A DNA stretch of 64,000 nucleotides from Octopus sinensis (Eukaryota). The stretch is taken from contig NC_042998.1 of the NCBI RefSeq assembly GCF_006345805.1, positions 165,354,001-165,418,000 on the forward strand. Direction: 5' to 3'. The position numbers and the translations under genes were made by a program. Of this stretch, positions 13,837 to 24,386 are shown piece by piece. The number at the start of each line of letters is the position of its first letter. Positions within the stretch are counted from its first letter, which is position 1. The notes under the pieces were generated by a model, which was not told the DNA's origin, made no database searches, and saw only the letters and a program-made list of their open reading frames with translations.

Positions 13837-14654
13837 GCGTGCGTATGTTACCTATGGATTCGGAAACTGAGTCGCCAATTTTGACGTATGAGATATCAAA
13901 AGATTCAGTAATCTTTCGGCTACCAAACAAATTATGTTTTTTGCATAACTCTTTGTTACTACAAAAATAACCTCGGAAACGAGATCAAGTCACACAATTC
14001 TGAGGTCTTTAGCTAAGGAAGGTAACTCCGCCTGAATAATCGATGTCTTAGAGATAATGTTTAAAATACATGGAGTTCTTCTAGGGAACGAAACTTCGAA
14101 GATATGCCTTTAACTTTTTTAGTATCATCTAGTAAATAATCTTTTAATGCGAAGTATGTTTGTGTGTGTTTTGTTTAGCCCAGAGTTGCTTCTGTTGTAG
14201 CAAACCTATTGCATGGTTTTTTTCTTCTTCCTAAAATACTGTAAATCTGTCTTTCTTTTGATGAAGAGTGTATTTTAATAGAAATTTAGCTGCGGTTTGT
14301 AGTAGCTCAAGTTACCACAGACACACTGCTCTCTCTCTCTCTCTTTCTCTGTGCGTGCGTGTGTATGTTTTGCTGTGGTGAAAAAATACTTTTTCTCAGA
14401 ATATTTTGCTCAATAATTTTTTAAAGAAATCTGGACATCTATTTTAAACATTATTTTACGGGGTTTAGTCGCCATGATGGAGCATCAGCTTCAAAAATTT
14501 AATTGATCATATTGATCACTGTACGTATTTCAATCTGGTATTTATTTTATAGATCTCTGCTTGATGAACTGCTAAATTTGAGAGATAGTGGGACACAATA
14601 CTCGATTTAACAACAAATGTAAACACACGAACACAAACACATATTAGGTCCAAG

Positions 14655-14790
14655 AATGGCTGTATGGTTGAGAAGTTTGCTTCACAACCACACGGTTCAG
14701 TCCCTCTGCATGTTACCTTGGGCAAGTGTTCTCTACTATAACCTTAGGTCAACCACAGACTTGTGACTGAATTTGGTAGACCGAAACTGC
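14655..14790 (+). mobile_element. SINE family B (CORE-like) 5' part
   Basis: ggctgtatggttgagaagtttgcttc...accttgggcaagtg...tttggtagaccgaaactg; accttgggcaagt is the CORE-domain-like motif. Confidence 0.75.
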
Positions 14791-15127
14791 TGCGTTGTTT
14801 ATCAGAAAATGACCGAGAAACATGTTTATAAAGAAGAGTTGTTTGTTTCATACTCCTCGTGTTCCGATTCTGCCCATAAAAAAGGAACAAATAATACAAT
14901 GCGGCTGTAGATCACAACACCTCAGCAACGCAGCAATAAGAAAATGGAGGGGATCAAGAGGTGGTATTCATCAACTTTTAGATATTATATTAAATCTATT
15001 TATTTTTTTAAAAAACAATTATAACAATATACATACATGTATAACATACTATGCTTTACATATATAATATATAAAAATACCAGTAATTATTAAAATATAT
15101 AACGTAGAGCATAGAAATTACGATAGT

Positions 15128-15242
15128 ATCTAACAGCTGTTTCAGCCAAGAGGCCATAGTATCTCACTCTACTGCCATCCCTTCAGTGAACTGAAGATAA
15201 GATTAAGGTACTTGGGTATGTCTCTTGGCTTCGTCAGAGCGT
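15128..15242 (-). ncRNA. type I hammerhead ribozyme motif
   Basis: Minus strand ct|CTGACGA|agccaagag...ctcttggct|GAA|ACAGCTGT|T|ag: perfect 9-bp helix II, palindromic helix III, only 2-bp helix I. Confidence 0.65.
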
Positions 15243-15545
15243 TTAGAAAGTTCATTAAGGTTAAGTTATGAATAAAATTACATACATATATACACACATT
15301 TACATATACATACATATACATAAATATACATAAACACACACATATATATATATGTATATGTATATGCATACAAAGGAATCAATTATCATTATTATTAGGT
15401 GTATTATATTATTCTTATTAAAGTATAAACAGAAGGAGAAAGTTATCAAAAGAAATAATATTGGAATTTAAAAATCAATGTATCTTAAGATTATTGTAGT
15501 TATGTAGGAATGAAAAGTATATAAATGAGTAATACATATATATAT

Positions 15546-15577
<32 letters not shown>

Positions 15578-16245
15578 CATATAATACACACACACACGCA
15601 CGGACACACACACACATATATATATATTTACGTACAAACATACCCATAACTACATACATATTACATGTGTTGAGAAGGGAGGATTATTGCAGTAGTTCGC
15701 ATTTTTCTTTTTATATAATTATAATAATTATGCACAAACATATATATCATTCAGTATAATAAATAGAAATATATATATGTTTGTATATAATTATGATAAT
15801 TATATAAAAAGAAACATGCGAACTACTGCAATAATCCTCCCTTCTCAACACATGTAATATGTATGTACCTATGGGTATGTTTGTACATAAATATATATGT
15901 GTATATATATGTGTGTGTGTGTATATATGTGTATATAAATATATATGTATTCCTCATTTATATATCTTTTCATCCCTACATAACTACGATAATCTTAAGA
16001 TATATTGAGTTTTAAAATTCCAATATTATTTCTCTTTTAATAACTTTCCCTGTTTATACTTTATCTAATAAGAATATTGTAATACGCCTAATAATAATTA
16101 TTGATTCATTTGTATGCATATACATATACATATAAATATAAATATATATGTGTGTGTTTATGAATATTTATGTATATGTATGTATATGTAAAAGTGTATA
16201 TATGTATGTGTTTATATTTAAAACTTAACCTTATGAACTTTCTAA

Positions 16246-16370
16246 ACTCTCTGAAGAAGCCCAGAGACACACCCAAGTACCTTAATCTTATCTATCAAAT
16301 ACTTCAGTTCACTGAAGGGATGGGAGTAGATTGGGGTACAATGGCCTCTTGGCTGAAACAGCTGTAAGAA
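16246..16370 (+). ncRNA. type I hammerhead ribozyme motif
   Basis: tct|CTGAAGA|agcccagag [79-nt loop] ctcttggct|GAA|ACAGCTGT|A|aga: 8/9-bp helix II, 3-bp helix I, GUA triplet. Confidence 0.7.
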
Positions 16371-16764
16371 ACTATACTACTTTCTATGCTCTACGTTATA
16401 TATTTTAATAATTACTGGTATTTTCATATATTATATATGTAAAGTATAATATGTTATACATGTATGTATATTGTTATAATTGTTTTTTTAAAAAAATAAA
16501 TAGACATAATATAATATCTAAAAGTTGATGAATACCACCTCATGATCCCCTTCATTTTCTTATTGTTGTATAAATTAAGGATTTTACCCTCACTTATTTA
16601 TTACATTCAGTAGTGTAATTGCCATGCAATGAAAAGACACTTGCGTATTAATAGTAGATATTATCCCTTAGTTGGTTGTATTCACAACCTCTAACTCCCT
16701 TGGAAATATATATGTATATATATATATATACAGAGAGGGAGAAAGAGGTCGATATAGATTGGGT

Positions 16765-16992
16765 GGCAAGCTGGCAGAAACGTTAGCGCGCCGGGCGAAA
16801 TGCTTAGCGGTATTTCGTCTGCCGTTGCGTTCTGAGTTCAAATTCCGCCGAGGTCGACTTTGCCTTTCATCCTTTCGGGGTCGATAAATTAAGTACCAGT
16901 CACGCACTGGGGTCGATGTAATCGGCTTAATACCTATGCCAGTCCTTGTTTGTCCCCTCTATGTTTAGCCCCTTGTGGGTAATAAAGAAATA
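16765..16992 (+). mobile_element. SINE family A, full length with 15-bp TSD
   Basis: TSD gatatagattgggtg at 16751-16765 and 16993-17007; the element ends aaagaaata. Confidence 0.92.
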
Positions 16993-17809
16993 GATATAGA
17001 TTGGGTGACCACCTAAAACTCTGACCTGAACAGCGACCAGTAGAAATAATTGTCCAGAAGTGGTTTATCATTGACCAGGTACATGTACAGTAGAACGAAG
17101 GAATAAGCACACGAACAACTCGTATCAGTATAGAGCATGGAATTTATATATTTCAACATTATTACCAAGTTGTTACAATAGAGTTGTTTGAACGGAGTGT
17201 ATCGTAAGAAATCAGTGAGTAAAAGACTATCTGCATAACTTCTTACTCCCTTATTTCTTACAATACACTTTATTCTAACAACTCATTGTAATAACTCATC
17301 CATTATGTTTCAATACATGAATTTCCTGCTCTAAACTGATACCAGTTGTTCGCCTGTTCATTCTTTCATACACATACACATACATATCTTTACCTTATGT
17401 GTGTGTATATGTGTGCATTTCTGAGTGTTAGCAAACCTATATATACGCATAAGCCGTTCACATCACGCTTCTTATCGATCATTTCATGCCTGTAATCCAG
17501 TTCTTCTACAGCTTTTGAGGACGTATAAGATTTGTTTTCCACATTCATAACACTAGGTTTATCGCTTAAAAGACACCTAATATTATCCTTATCAAAGCCA
17601 CTGACACATCTCGTCATAAATAAACAAACGCTATCTAATAGTTTTATCTCAGGAACATTTTTTCTATATATCCTTTTATCCTTCATCTTATGTATTTTAG
17701 CATCATGCACAAACTCGCTGTATGCACATATACACACAAACACACACAAACGTATACAAAACACTTATAATTACGTATGTGTGTGCATTAAATGTATGTG
17801 TTTATATAT

Positions 17810-17823
17810 AAGATATATATAGA

Positions 17824-17902
<79 letters not shown>

Positions 17903-17972
17903 ATATATATATATATGTATAAATACTGATGTGTATGCATATATATATGCATATATATGCGTTTGAATATAC

Positions 17973-18004
<32 letters not shown>

Positions 18005-18225
18005 ATGTATATATATATGCATATATATATGGAGAAATATACATATATATATATATATATGGTGTGTGTGTGTGTATGTATATATTATATATATATATAT
18101 TATATATATATATATACATATATATATATACATATATAGGTTTTATATGTGTGTATATATATGCGTATGTAGATGTATATATGTATATACATAGAAAATA
18201 TATACAAATATATATACATGTATAC

Positions 18226-18284
<59 letters not shown>

Positions 18285-18290
18285 CACGCA
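17810..18290. repeat. long compound (TA)n/(TG)n/(TACA)n microsatellite field
   Basis: Source of the YI-repeat ORFs at 17771-18373. Confidence 0.95.
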
Positions 18291-19057
18291 CACACAAACT
18301 CACATATGTACGTATATGTTTGTATGCATGTATGTATGTGTGTTTATATGTCTGTACATGGTTTTTTTTTTAGTACGATATCCTACTTTCATACGATCGT
18401 TCTGTTTCACGATTCACTCGCCATCAAAACAAAATGCTAACTTCCATATCTTTTCTTTTCCACTTAAGCGTATCCAATTAGTTACATATGTCAGATGTCG
18501 GTTAAAAATCTACTTCTTCATATCCCACCTTAGTTGAGTGCAGTATTTATTTTTTTTTTAACAGTGTTTAACCCCCGATATATTACTGCTCTTGAGTACA
18601 TAGTTAAAACGAAGTATTAAAGATTATTAACCCCTCCAGGGTTATCCCCGAGATATCTCCGAATTTTGATTATCTTTTATTTTTTGTTAAAGGAACAAGA
18701 TATCTCGTGAAAATAAAAATGTTACTATATGGACTGGTAATGTGATATCTCGTGGTTTGCCAAGCTTGCGGAATCTTTCTCCCTCCCACTTTCTTTCTCT
18801 CTGTCTCTTTGTCTGTCTTTCCTTCTTTCTGTCTGTCAGTCTATCTGTCTGTCTACCCCCCTCTCTCTCTCTCTCACATACATATATGAGTTAATTCATC
18901 AACATAATAAGTCTCATAGCCAAAGATAACGGGCCTTCGAGTTCACACATGAATATGCAGCTGGTTTACTTGATTCAGTTTTGTCTTTAATTTTTTTTTT
19001 ACTTTTGATTACTCTCTACCTAAGAAAGGGTACTGATGATGAGGATCGAGAAAGTGA

Positions 19058-19356
19058 AGGCAGCGAGCTGGCAGAAACGTGAAAATGCCGGACGAAATGC
19101 TTAGCGGTATTTCGTCTGCCGCTACGATCTGAGTTCAAATTCCTCCGAGGTCGACTTTACCATTCATCCTTTCGGGGTCGATTAAATAAGTACCAGTTAC
19201 GCACTGGGGTCGATATAATCGATTTAATCAGTTTGTCTGTCCTTGTTTGTCCTCTCTGTGTTTAGCCCCTTGTGGGTAGTAAAGAAATAGGTATTTCGTC
19301 TGCAGTTACGTTCTGAGTTCAAATTCCGCCGAGGTCGACTTTGCCTTTCATCCTTT
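19058..19356 (+). mobile_element. SINE family A followed by a tandem internal unit
   Basis: Full copy ending aaagaaata is joined directly to ggtatttcgtctgcag...catccttt. Confidence 0.88.
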
Positions 19357-19829
19357 GCCTTTTAGTCCTGGTCAGCCCCGATCAAGAAATTATATGAAAT
19401 AAAGGTTTTTGACCATGATCTACCTGTTATTTTACAGATATGTATTTCAAAGACAACATTATCCAAAAAATCTTGCTGTTCTTTTCTACGATGTGATTGT
19501 GATTCGTGGGTGATGCAGCTCTTGCTCCTCACATGTCTTGAGATTCTATAGAAGATCCCTTAATGACTGTTAAACTTTGTTGTTGGTGGTCACAACAAAT
19601 ACACTTTAAGAAACATCCAGAGTGACGTAATTCAAAGTAAAAGAACGGTAATCTGCCATTCAAATAATAACTGTAGTGGCATTGTTTAAAAAAAATGATA
19701 ACTGATATGATTGAATTCATTTCTCCTGAATGGAATCCATTTTTCATTCCATGATGCAAAGAAGAAAAGAAATATTACGATACACGCACGCACGCCCCTC
19801 CCCACACACACACATGCAAGCTCACACAT

Positions 19830-20050
19830 ATCGAGAGAGAGAGGGAGAGAAAGATAGAGAGAGAAGGAAAGAGAGAGAGAAAGAGAGGAAAGAAAAAGAG
19901 AAAAAGAAAGAGAGAGAAAGGAAGAAAGTGAAAGAAATAGAGAAAAACGAGAGAGAAAGAAAGAAAGAGAGAAAGAAAATGAGAGAGAAAGAAAGAAAAG
20001 AGAGAGAGAGAGAAAGATAGCAAAAAGAGAGAGAAAGTGAGAGAGAAAGA
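19830..20050. repeat. (GA)n/(GAAA)n purine tract
   Basis: Explains the K/E/R-rich ORF 19730-20020. Confidence 0.95.
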
Positions 20051-20720
20051 AAGAATTAGGGAGACTATAGATGGGAGTAACGTAAATAAAGTATGTGAAT
20101 AACTCGGTGCCCTAGCAAGGCCGCATCTGAAGACGAAAACAAGTGAAAGAAAATGAAAAAGGTTGTTTTCCTCTGCAGTAAATTTCATGTGTTGTTATAT
20201 TCCATGAGAACTAGAAAAGAAGTGTTATGGAATGATAGTTCTTCAAGTTTGGTCTACATCTGGTCCAAAGAATCAGTGTTGTGGAATGATACTTTCAGCA
20301 AGATTAATGTACCGCTGGTTCGAGGAATCTACACTCCTTTATCAGTGGAATACAAACAACGAAACATTTGAAACCATGCCTCATGTTTGTCATTGTTGAG
20401 ATTAAGTAAATTTTGACACATTTGTATAGGCTTTACTTTGTAGTACACTGTTTAACTAGACATTTTTTTTTCTTTCTCGCTGCCTGCATTCAACCATTTT
20501 TTATGTATTTTGAACTCGAATGTATCTTCCCCAATGCAATAAAGGAAACGTAGATTCCAAAGAAAAACGGTAATGCTTTACATCAACAATAGTAATTCAT
20601 ATACTTTTCGTGGATACACGAAAAATTTGGGACATAAACAGAGAACAATGCTTTCCAAACGGTGAGAACATAAAGAGAGGCCAGAAGACAAAACTGTATA
20701 AACACAACCACACAAATGTA

Positions 20721-21926
20721 CAGTAATGTCTCACTTTACGAGGACCCGATTTACGGGACCCCGTGTTTACGAGCTTTATTTTACAAGCACATGATCCAAA
20801 TTTGAACGAAGTACAAAAGTGTCTGCTACTATAACAAGTGTTTCTGTTAGTTACTGAGATATTTATAGAGAGCGAAAGAAAAACCTTCTAAGCAAACAAC
20901 TCTAGACTTGTTTTTTTTAAATGAAATCTATAAATTCATCTACGAATGCTTGTGAATCGACGATCGGGTTTACAAGTGATGGTGTGTGCTAGTCTAGTGC
21001 GAGTGAAGGTGATTCAAAAAACGATTATAATGATAATATTACGTTTACCAATTTGTGTTGTGAAATCGTGTGTTGAAACAGATATTGTTATATTTCAGGA
21101 GGGTCTTTTTGTTTTGCTAAATAAACACACATATTTGTTTTTTACTCGTTTATTAATATTCCTTTATTTTTATTTTTTAACTCATGCCCATTGTCCGGAA
21201 ACCTTCCGTCACATTCTGTGACCGGAGTAATTGGTGCAAGAGCACACACGCACACGACAAGTGTCGTTGAAGAGATCACAGATGTGTGACGAAAGATTTC
21301 TGAACAATGGATATGAGTTAAAAAAAAAAAAGAGCAGTACTAAACGAGTGAAGAACAAATGTATAGTGCGCGTGTTTATTTGACAAAATAAACAAAAAAA
21401 GAAAGACCATTCCGAAATACAACAATAATGATTATAAATGATCTTGGCATTTAATGATAAAGGCGGCGAGCTGGCAGAAACGTTAGCGCACCGGGCGAAA
21501 TGCTTAGCAGTATTTCGGCTGTCGTTCCGTTCTGAGTTCAAATTCCACCGAGGTCGACTTTGCCTTTCATCCTTTCAGGGTCGATAAATAAAGTATCAGT
21601 TTCGCACTGGGGGTCGATGTCATCGACTTAGTCCCTTTGTTTGTCCTTGTTCGTCCCCTCTGTGTTTAGCCCTTTGTGGACAGTAAAGAAATATATAAAT
21701 GATCTTGGCATTCTTTTTATTATACATAAAATATTCTTTACATTCTACTGTTGTTTTATTGCCATCTATTTACGAGTATTATGATCTTTATTGGTAAGAT
21801 ATTTTCATAGGAACGAATTACGATTTATAACATTGCTACTATGGAAAATTATTGCTCCCCTTTACGAGATTTCACTTTACGAGCGGTGTCCAGGAACAAA
21901 TTGACTCGCATATCGAGGCATTACTG
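20721..21926. mobile_element. non-autonomous pogo/Tigger-like DNA transposon
   Basis: Terminal repeats cagtaatgtctcactttacgag / cagtaatgcctcgatatgcgag (17/22 match), flanked by TA and CA; subterminal tttacgag repeats; no transposase ORF. Confidence 0.65.
21461..21693 (+). mobile_element. SINE family A nested in the pogo-like element, 19-bp TSD
   Basis: tataaatgatcttggcatt at 21433-21451 and 21694-21712. Confidence 0.92.
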
Positions 21927-22172
21927 CATATACATACACAGAAATATCAAACATACATGCGACGGGCGAACATCCGCCAGTTTTATTCGCAACGTATTAA
22001 TCAGGTCTAGGCTATGGTAGTAAAAAACACCCAAAATGTCATTCAATGGCCTCGAACCTGAATCCAAATCGTTGCAAAACTATTTCATTACCAAAACATC
22101 CATCCGTGCATACACATATAGTCAATGTACAAACATGTATATAAATACATAGTGAAACACACACACACACAC

Positions 22173-22240
<68 letters not shown>

Positions 22241-22543
22241 TAGATAGATATACTAAGTGAAAGAAATTGAAATTGAAACCATATAATAGTGAAAGTATTA
22301 TATCATATTATAATAGAGATGTTATTGTTTGATTTGACACGTAATACCGAAACAGTGTAAGGGATAAGAGATTGCTCCGGGCTCGCATTGGGTAAAAAGT
22401 TGAATTCTTTTTGGCCCTTGATACTCCATGGACCCTATGTAAGGCATGTGTTAAATTTGAATGAAGTCGGTTGGGTAGTTCTCGAGTTTTAGTGATGCAC
22501 ACAGACAGACAGACAGATAGATACACATTCTGAGTTATATATA

Positions 22544-23418
22544 CCTGTTGCGGCCAAAATGTTCAGAACGGCATTGTTTTCGTCAGAAAAGTAATTATAA
22601 GTTTTTATCAAAGTAGTTTTATATACTACAATTTTCACAGACAATAAATACAATACTAATTGTTATTGTTATTAATTGTTATGTTCGGTTGCAAAGGTAA
22701 GACGACACTTTTTATTCTTGGAGCTGATCAGTGGCTTCACTGCAGGTGCTCTTGCTTGTAGATCATGTTCAACTAAACGACGAGTCACAGTTTTTCGAGA
22801 TAAAGTTTTCTTTAATACAATGCTCATTTTCCGAGAAACAGCAGCAGCAGTTTTAAATCTGTCCCTTTTAACCAACTTTACCATTGCACGATCTTCTCCC
22901 TTGGCCGTTTTTCTTGGCCTACCTGTAAACTTTCTTGCTTCACACAAACCACAATCATCGTAGACCTTAAGAATACTGTGTACAACACTTTTTGACTTGT
23001 TAACAATCTTTGCAATAGATCCAATACTTAAATTATCCTTCCTTCGAAGCTTAATAATCTGCTGACGAATTGGTAACGGAGTAAGTGGCATTATATTAAC
23101 AAAGTACACTGCAAATATTCTTACTAATGTTTAGTAAACGAACCGTCACGTAAACAAATTCAGAACATTAGAGTTCGCCGGTTAAATATGCTAAAACACG
23201 GAGTAAACGTAACCGTTCTGATCATTTTGGCCGCCATGGGTTTTGCAGTAAATCATTAAATCATCCATAACTTTTGTATTACCAAAATCTCAGGCAATAA
23301 CAAATAATATCATATTTATTGTCTGTGAAAATTATAGAATATAAAACAACTTTGATAAAAAATTATATCTACTTTTCTGACGAAAACAATGCCGTTCTGA
23401 ACATTTTGGCCGCCACTG
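22544..23418 (-). mobile_element. internally deleted Tc1-family transposon (IR/DR type), TA-flanked
   Basis: ~120-bp inverted ends (c[a/c]gt[g/t]gcggccaaaatgttcagaacggcattgttttcgtcagaaaagt...); TA at 22542-43 and 23419-20; inner direct repeat at 23213-23236. Confidence 0.93.
22672..23091 (-). CDS. truncated Tc1 transposase, N-terminal DNA-binding region only (139 aa)
   Basis: MPLTPLPIRQQIIKLRR...SIGSIAKIVNKSKSVVHSILK...GRPRKT...TLSRKTVTRRLVEHDLQARAPAVKPLISSKNKKCRLTFATEH: two HTHs plus the GRPR motif; stops before the DDE domain. Expression unknown. Confidence 0.7.
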   Translation of the reverse strand: MPLTPLPIRQQIIKLRRKDNLSIGSIAKIVNKSKSVVHSILKVYDDCGLCEARKFTGRPRKTAKGEDRAMVKLVKRDRFKTAAAVSRKMSIVLKKTLSRKTVTRRLVEHDLQARAPAVKPLISSKNKKCRLTFATEHNN

Positions 23419-23449
23419 TATATATATATATTATATATATATATATATA

Positions 23450-23586
23450 TATATCGTTTCTGTGTTCCTTTCTGTGGAAGAGCGTAGGTTCGAAACGTTA
23501 AAGACTTTTTCACTTACCGAGCGTTAAACTAATACATCTGTTTTTTGTCTGCACCACCTGTCTTCGTCTTTTTTTGTGAATTCTCC

Positions 23587-23590
<4 letters not shown>
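23450..23590 (+). mobile_element. short PLE-derived repeat carrying a minimal hammerhead (23468-23503) with a mutated core
   Basis: cttt|CTGTGGA|a gagc gtag gttc|GAA|ACGT|T|aaag; a related, helix II-deleted copy lies on the minus strand at ~53030-53125. Confidence 0.55.
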
Positions 23591-23626
<36 letters not shown>

Positions 23627-24269
23627 CATATATACACTGGCGAAAATAAATTTAAGGCCGGTGATAAAAGTTCTACTTCTTAAAAAATATTTTGTTACTA
23701 ACACCATACAAATTATTTTTATCTTTTACACCTTATGCAGAATTTATTTCTCTTTCGAATGATGCAGACAATAACTATTTTTATACAACTTCAAGAATTC
23801 TAATGCTAAATTAATATAAACGATTCAAATTTACCGGCAAGATTAGTTTAAGACCGTATCATTATAGTTTTATTTAAGCTTAAGATTGTAGCAAAAATGA
23901 CCAACAAGAACGAAATACATATTAGTTATGATACGGTCTTAAACTAATTTTGCCGGGAAATTTGAAATGTTTATATTAACTTAGCAATAGAATTCTTCAC
24001 GTTGTAAAAAATACAGTAAAACCAAACGGTGAGGGTTGTTAAGCCAAGACGATGTGAAGTTTATGAACTCTGAGAAACGACTTGAGAAGGGACAGATAAA
24101 AGCACGTTGTTTTTTTATGTCCTGTACCCATATATGCATATATATATACATATATATGTAGGTATGTACATATATATATATATATGTATATATGCATATA
24201 TTTATATATTATTTATATTACATATATATATATATATAATTTTATTTTCATTTATTACCCTAATGGTAG

Positions 24270-24325
24270 TCATATCCATCATCACCATTATATCATCATC
24301 ATCACCATTATAGCATCATCATCAC

Positions 24326-24385
<60 letters not shown>
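24270..24385. repeat. (CAT)n microsatellite
   Basis: Explains the poly-Ser ORF 24184-24414. Confidence 0.95.

Positions 24386-24386
<1 letters not shown>

Larger units (their letters stand above)
14934..16565. repeat. 1.6-kb palindrome (~800-bp arms, ~23-nt spacer), hammerhead-bearing, probably PLE-derived
   Basis: Arm 14934-15746 is the reverse complement of ~15770-16565 throughout, including non-repeat sequence; moderately diverged. Confidence 0.92.

Noticed and set aside
19730-20020. Lys/Glu/Arg-rich coiled-coil-like ORF
   Set aside because: Translation of a (GA)n/(GAAA)n tract.
22290-22365. GAA-ACAGTGT-A with a possible helix II (gtattat/gtaatac)
   Set aside because: No recognisable CUGANGA core or helix I; at best a very decayed hammerhead.
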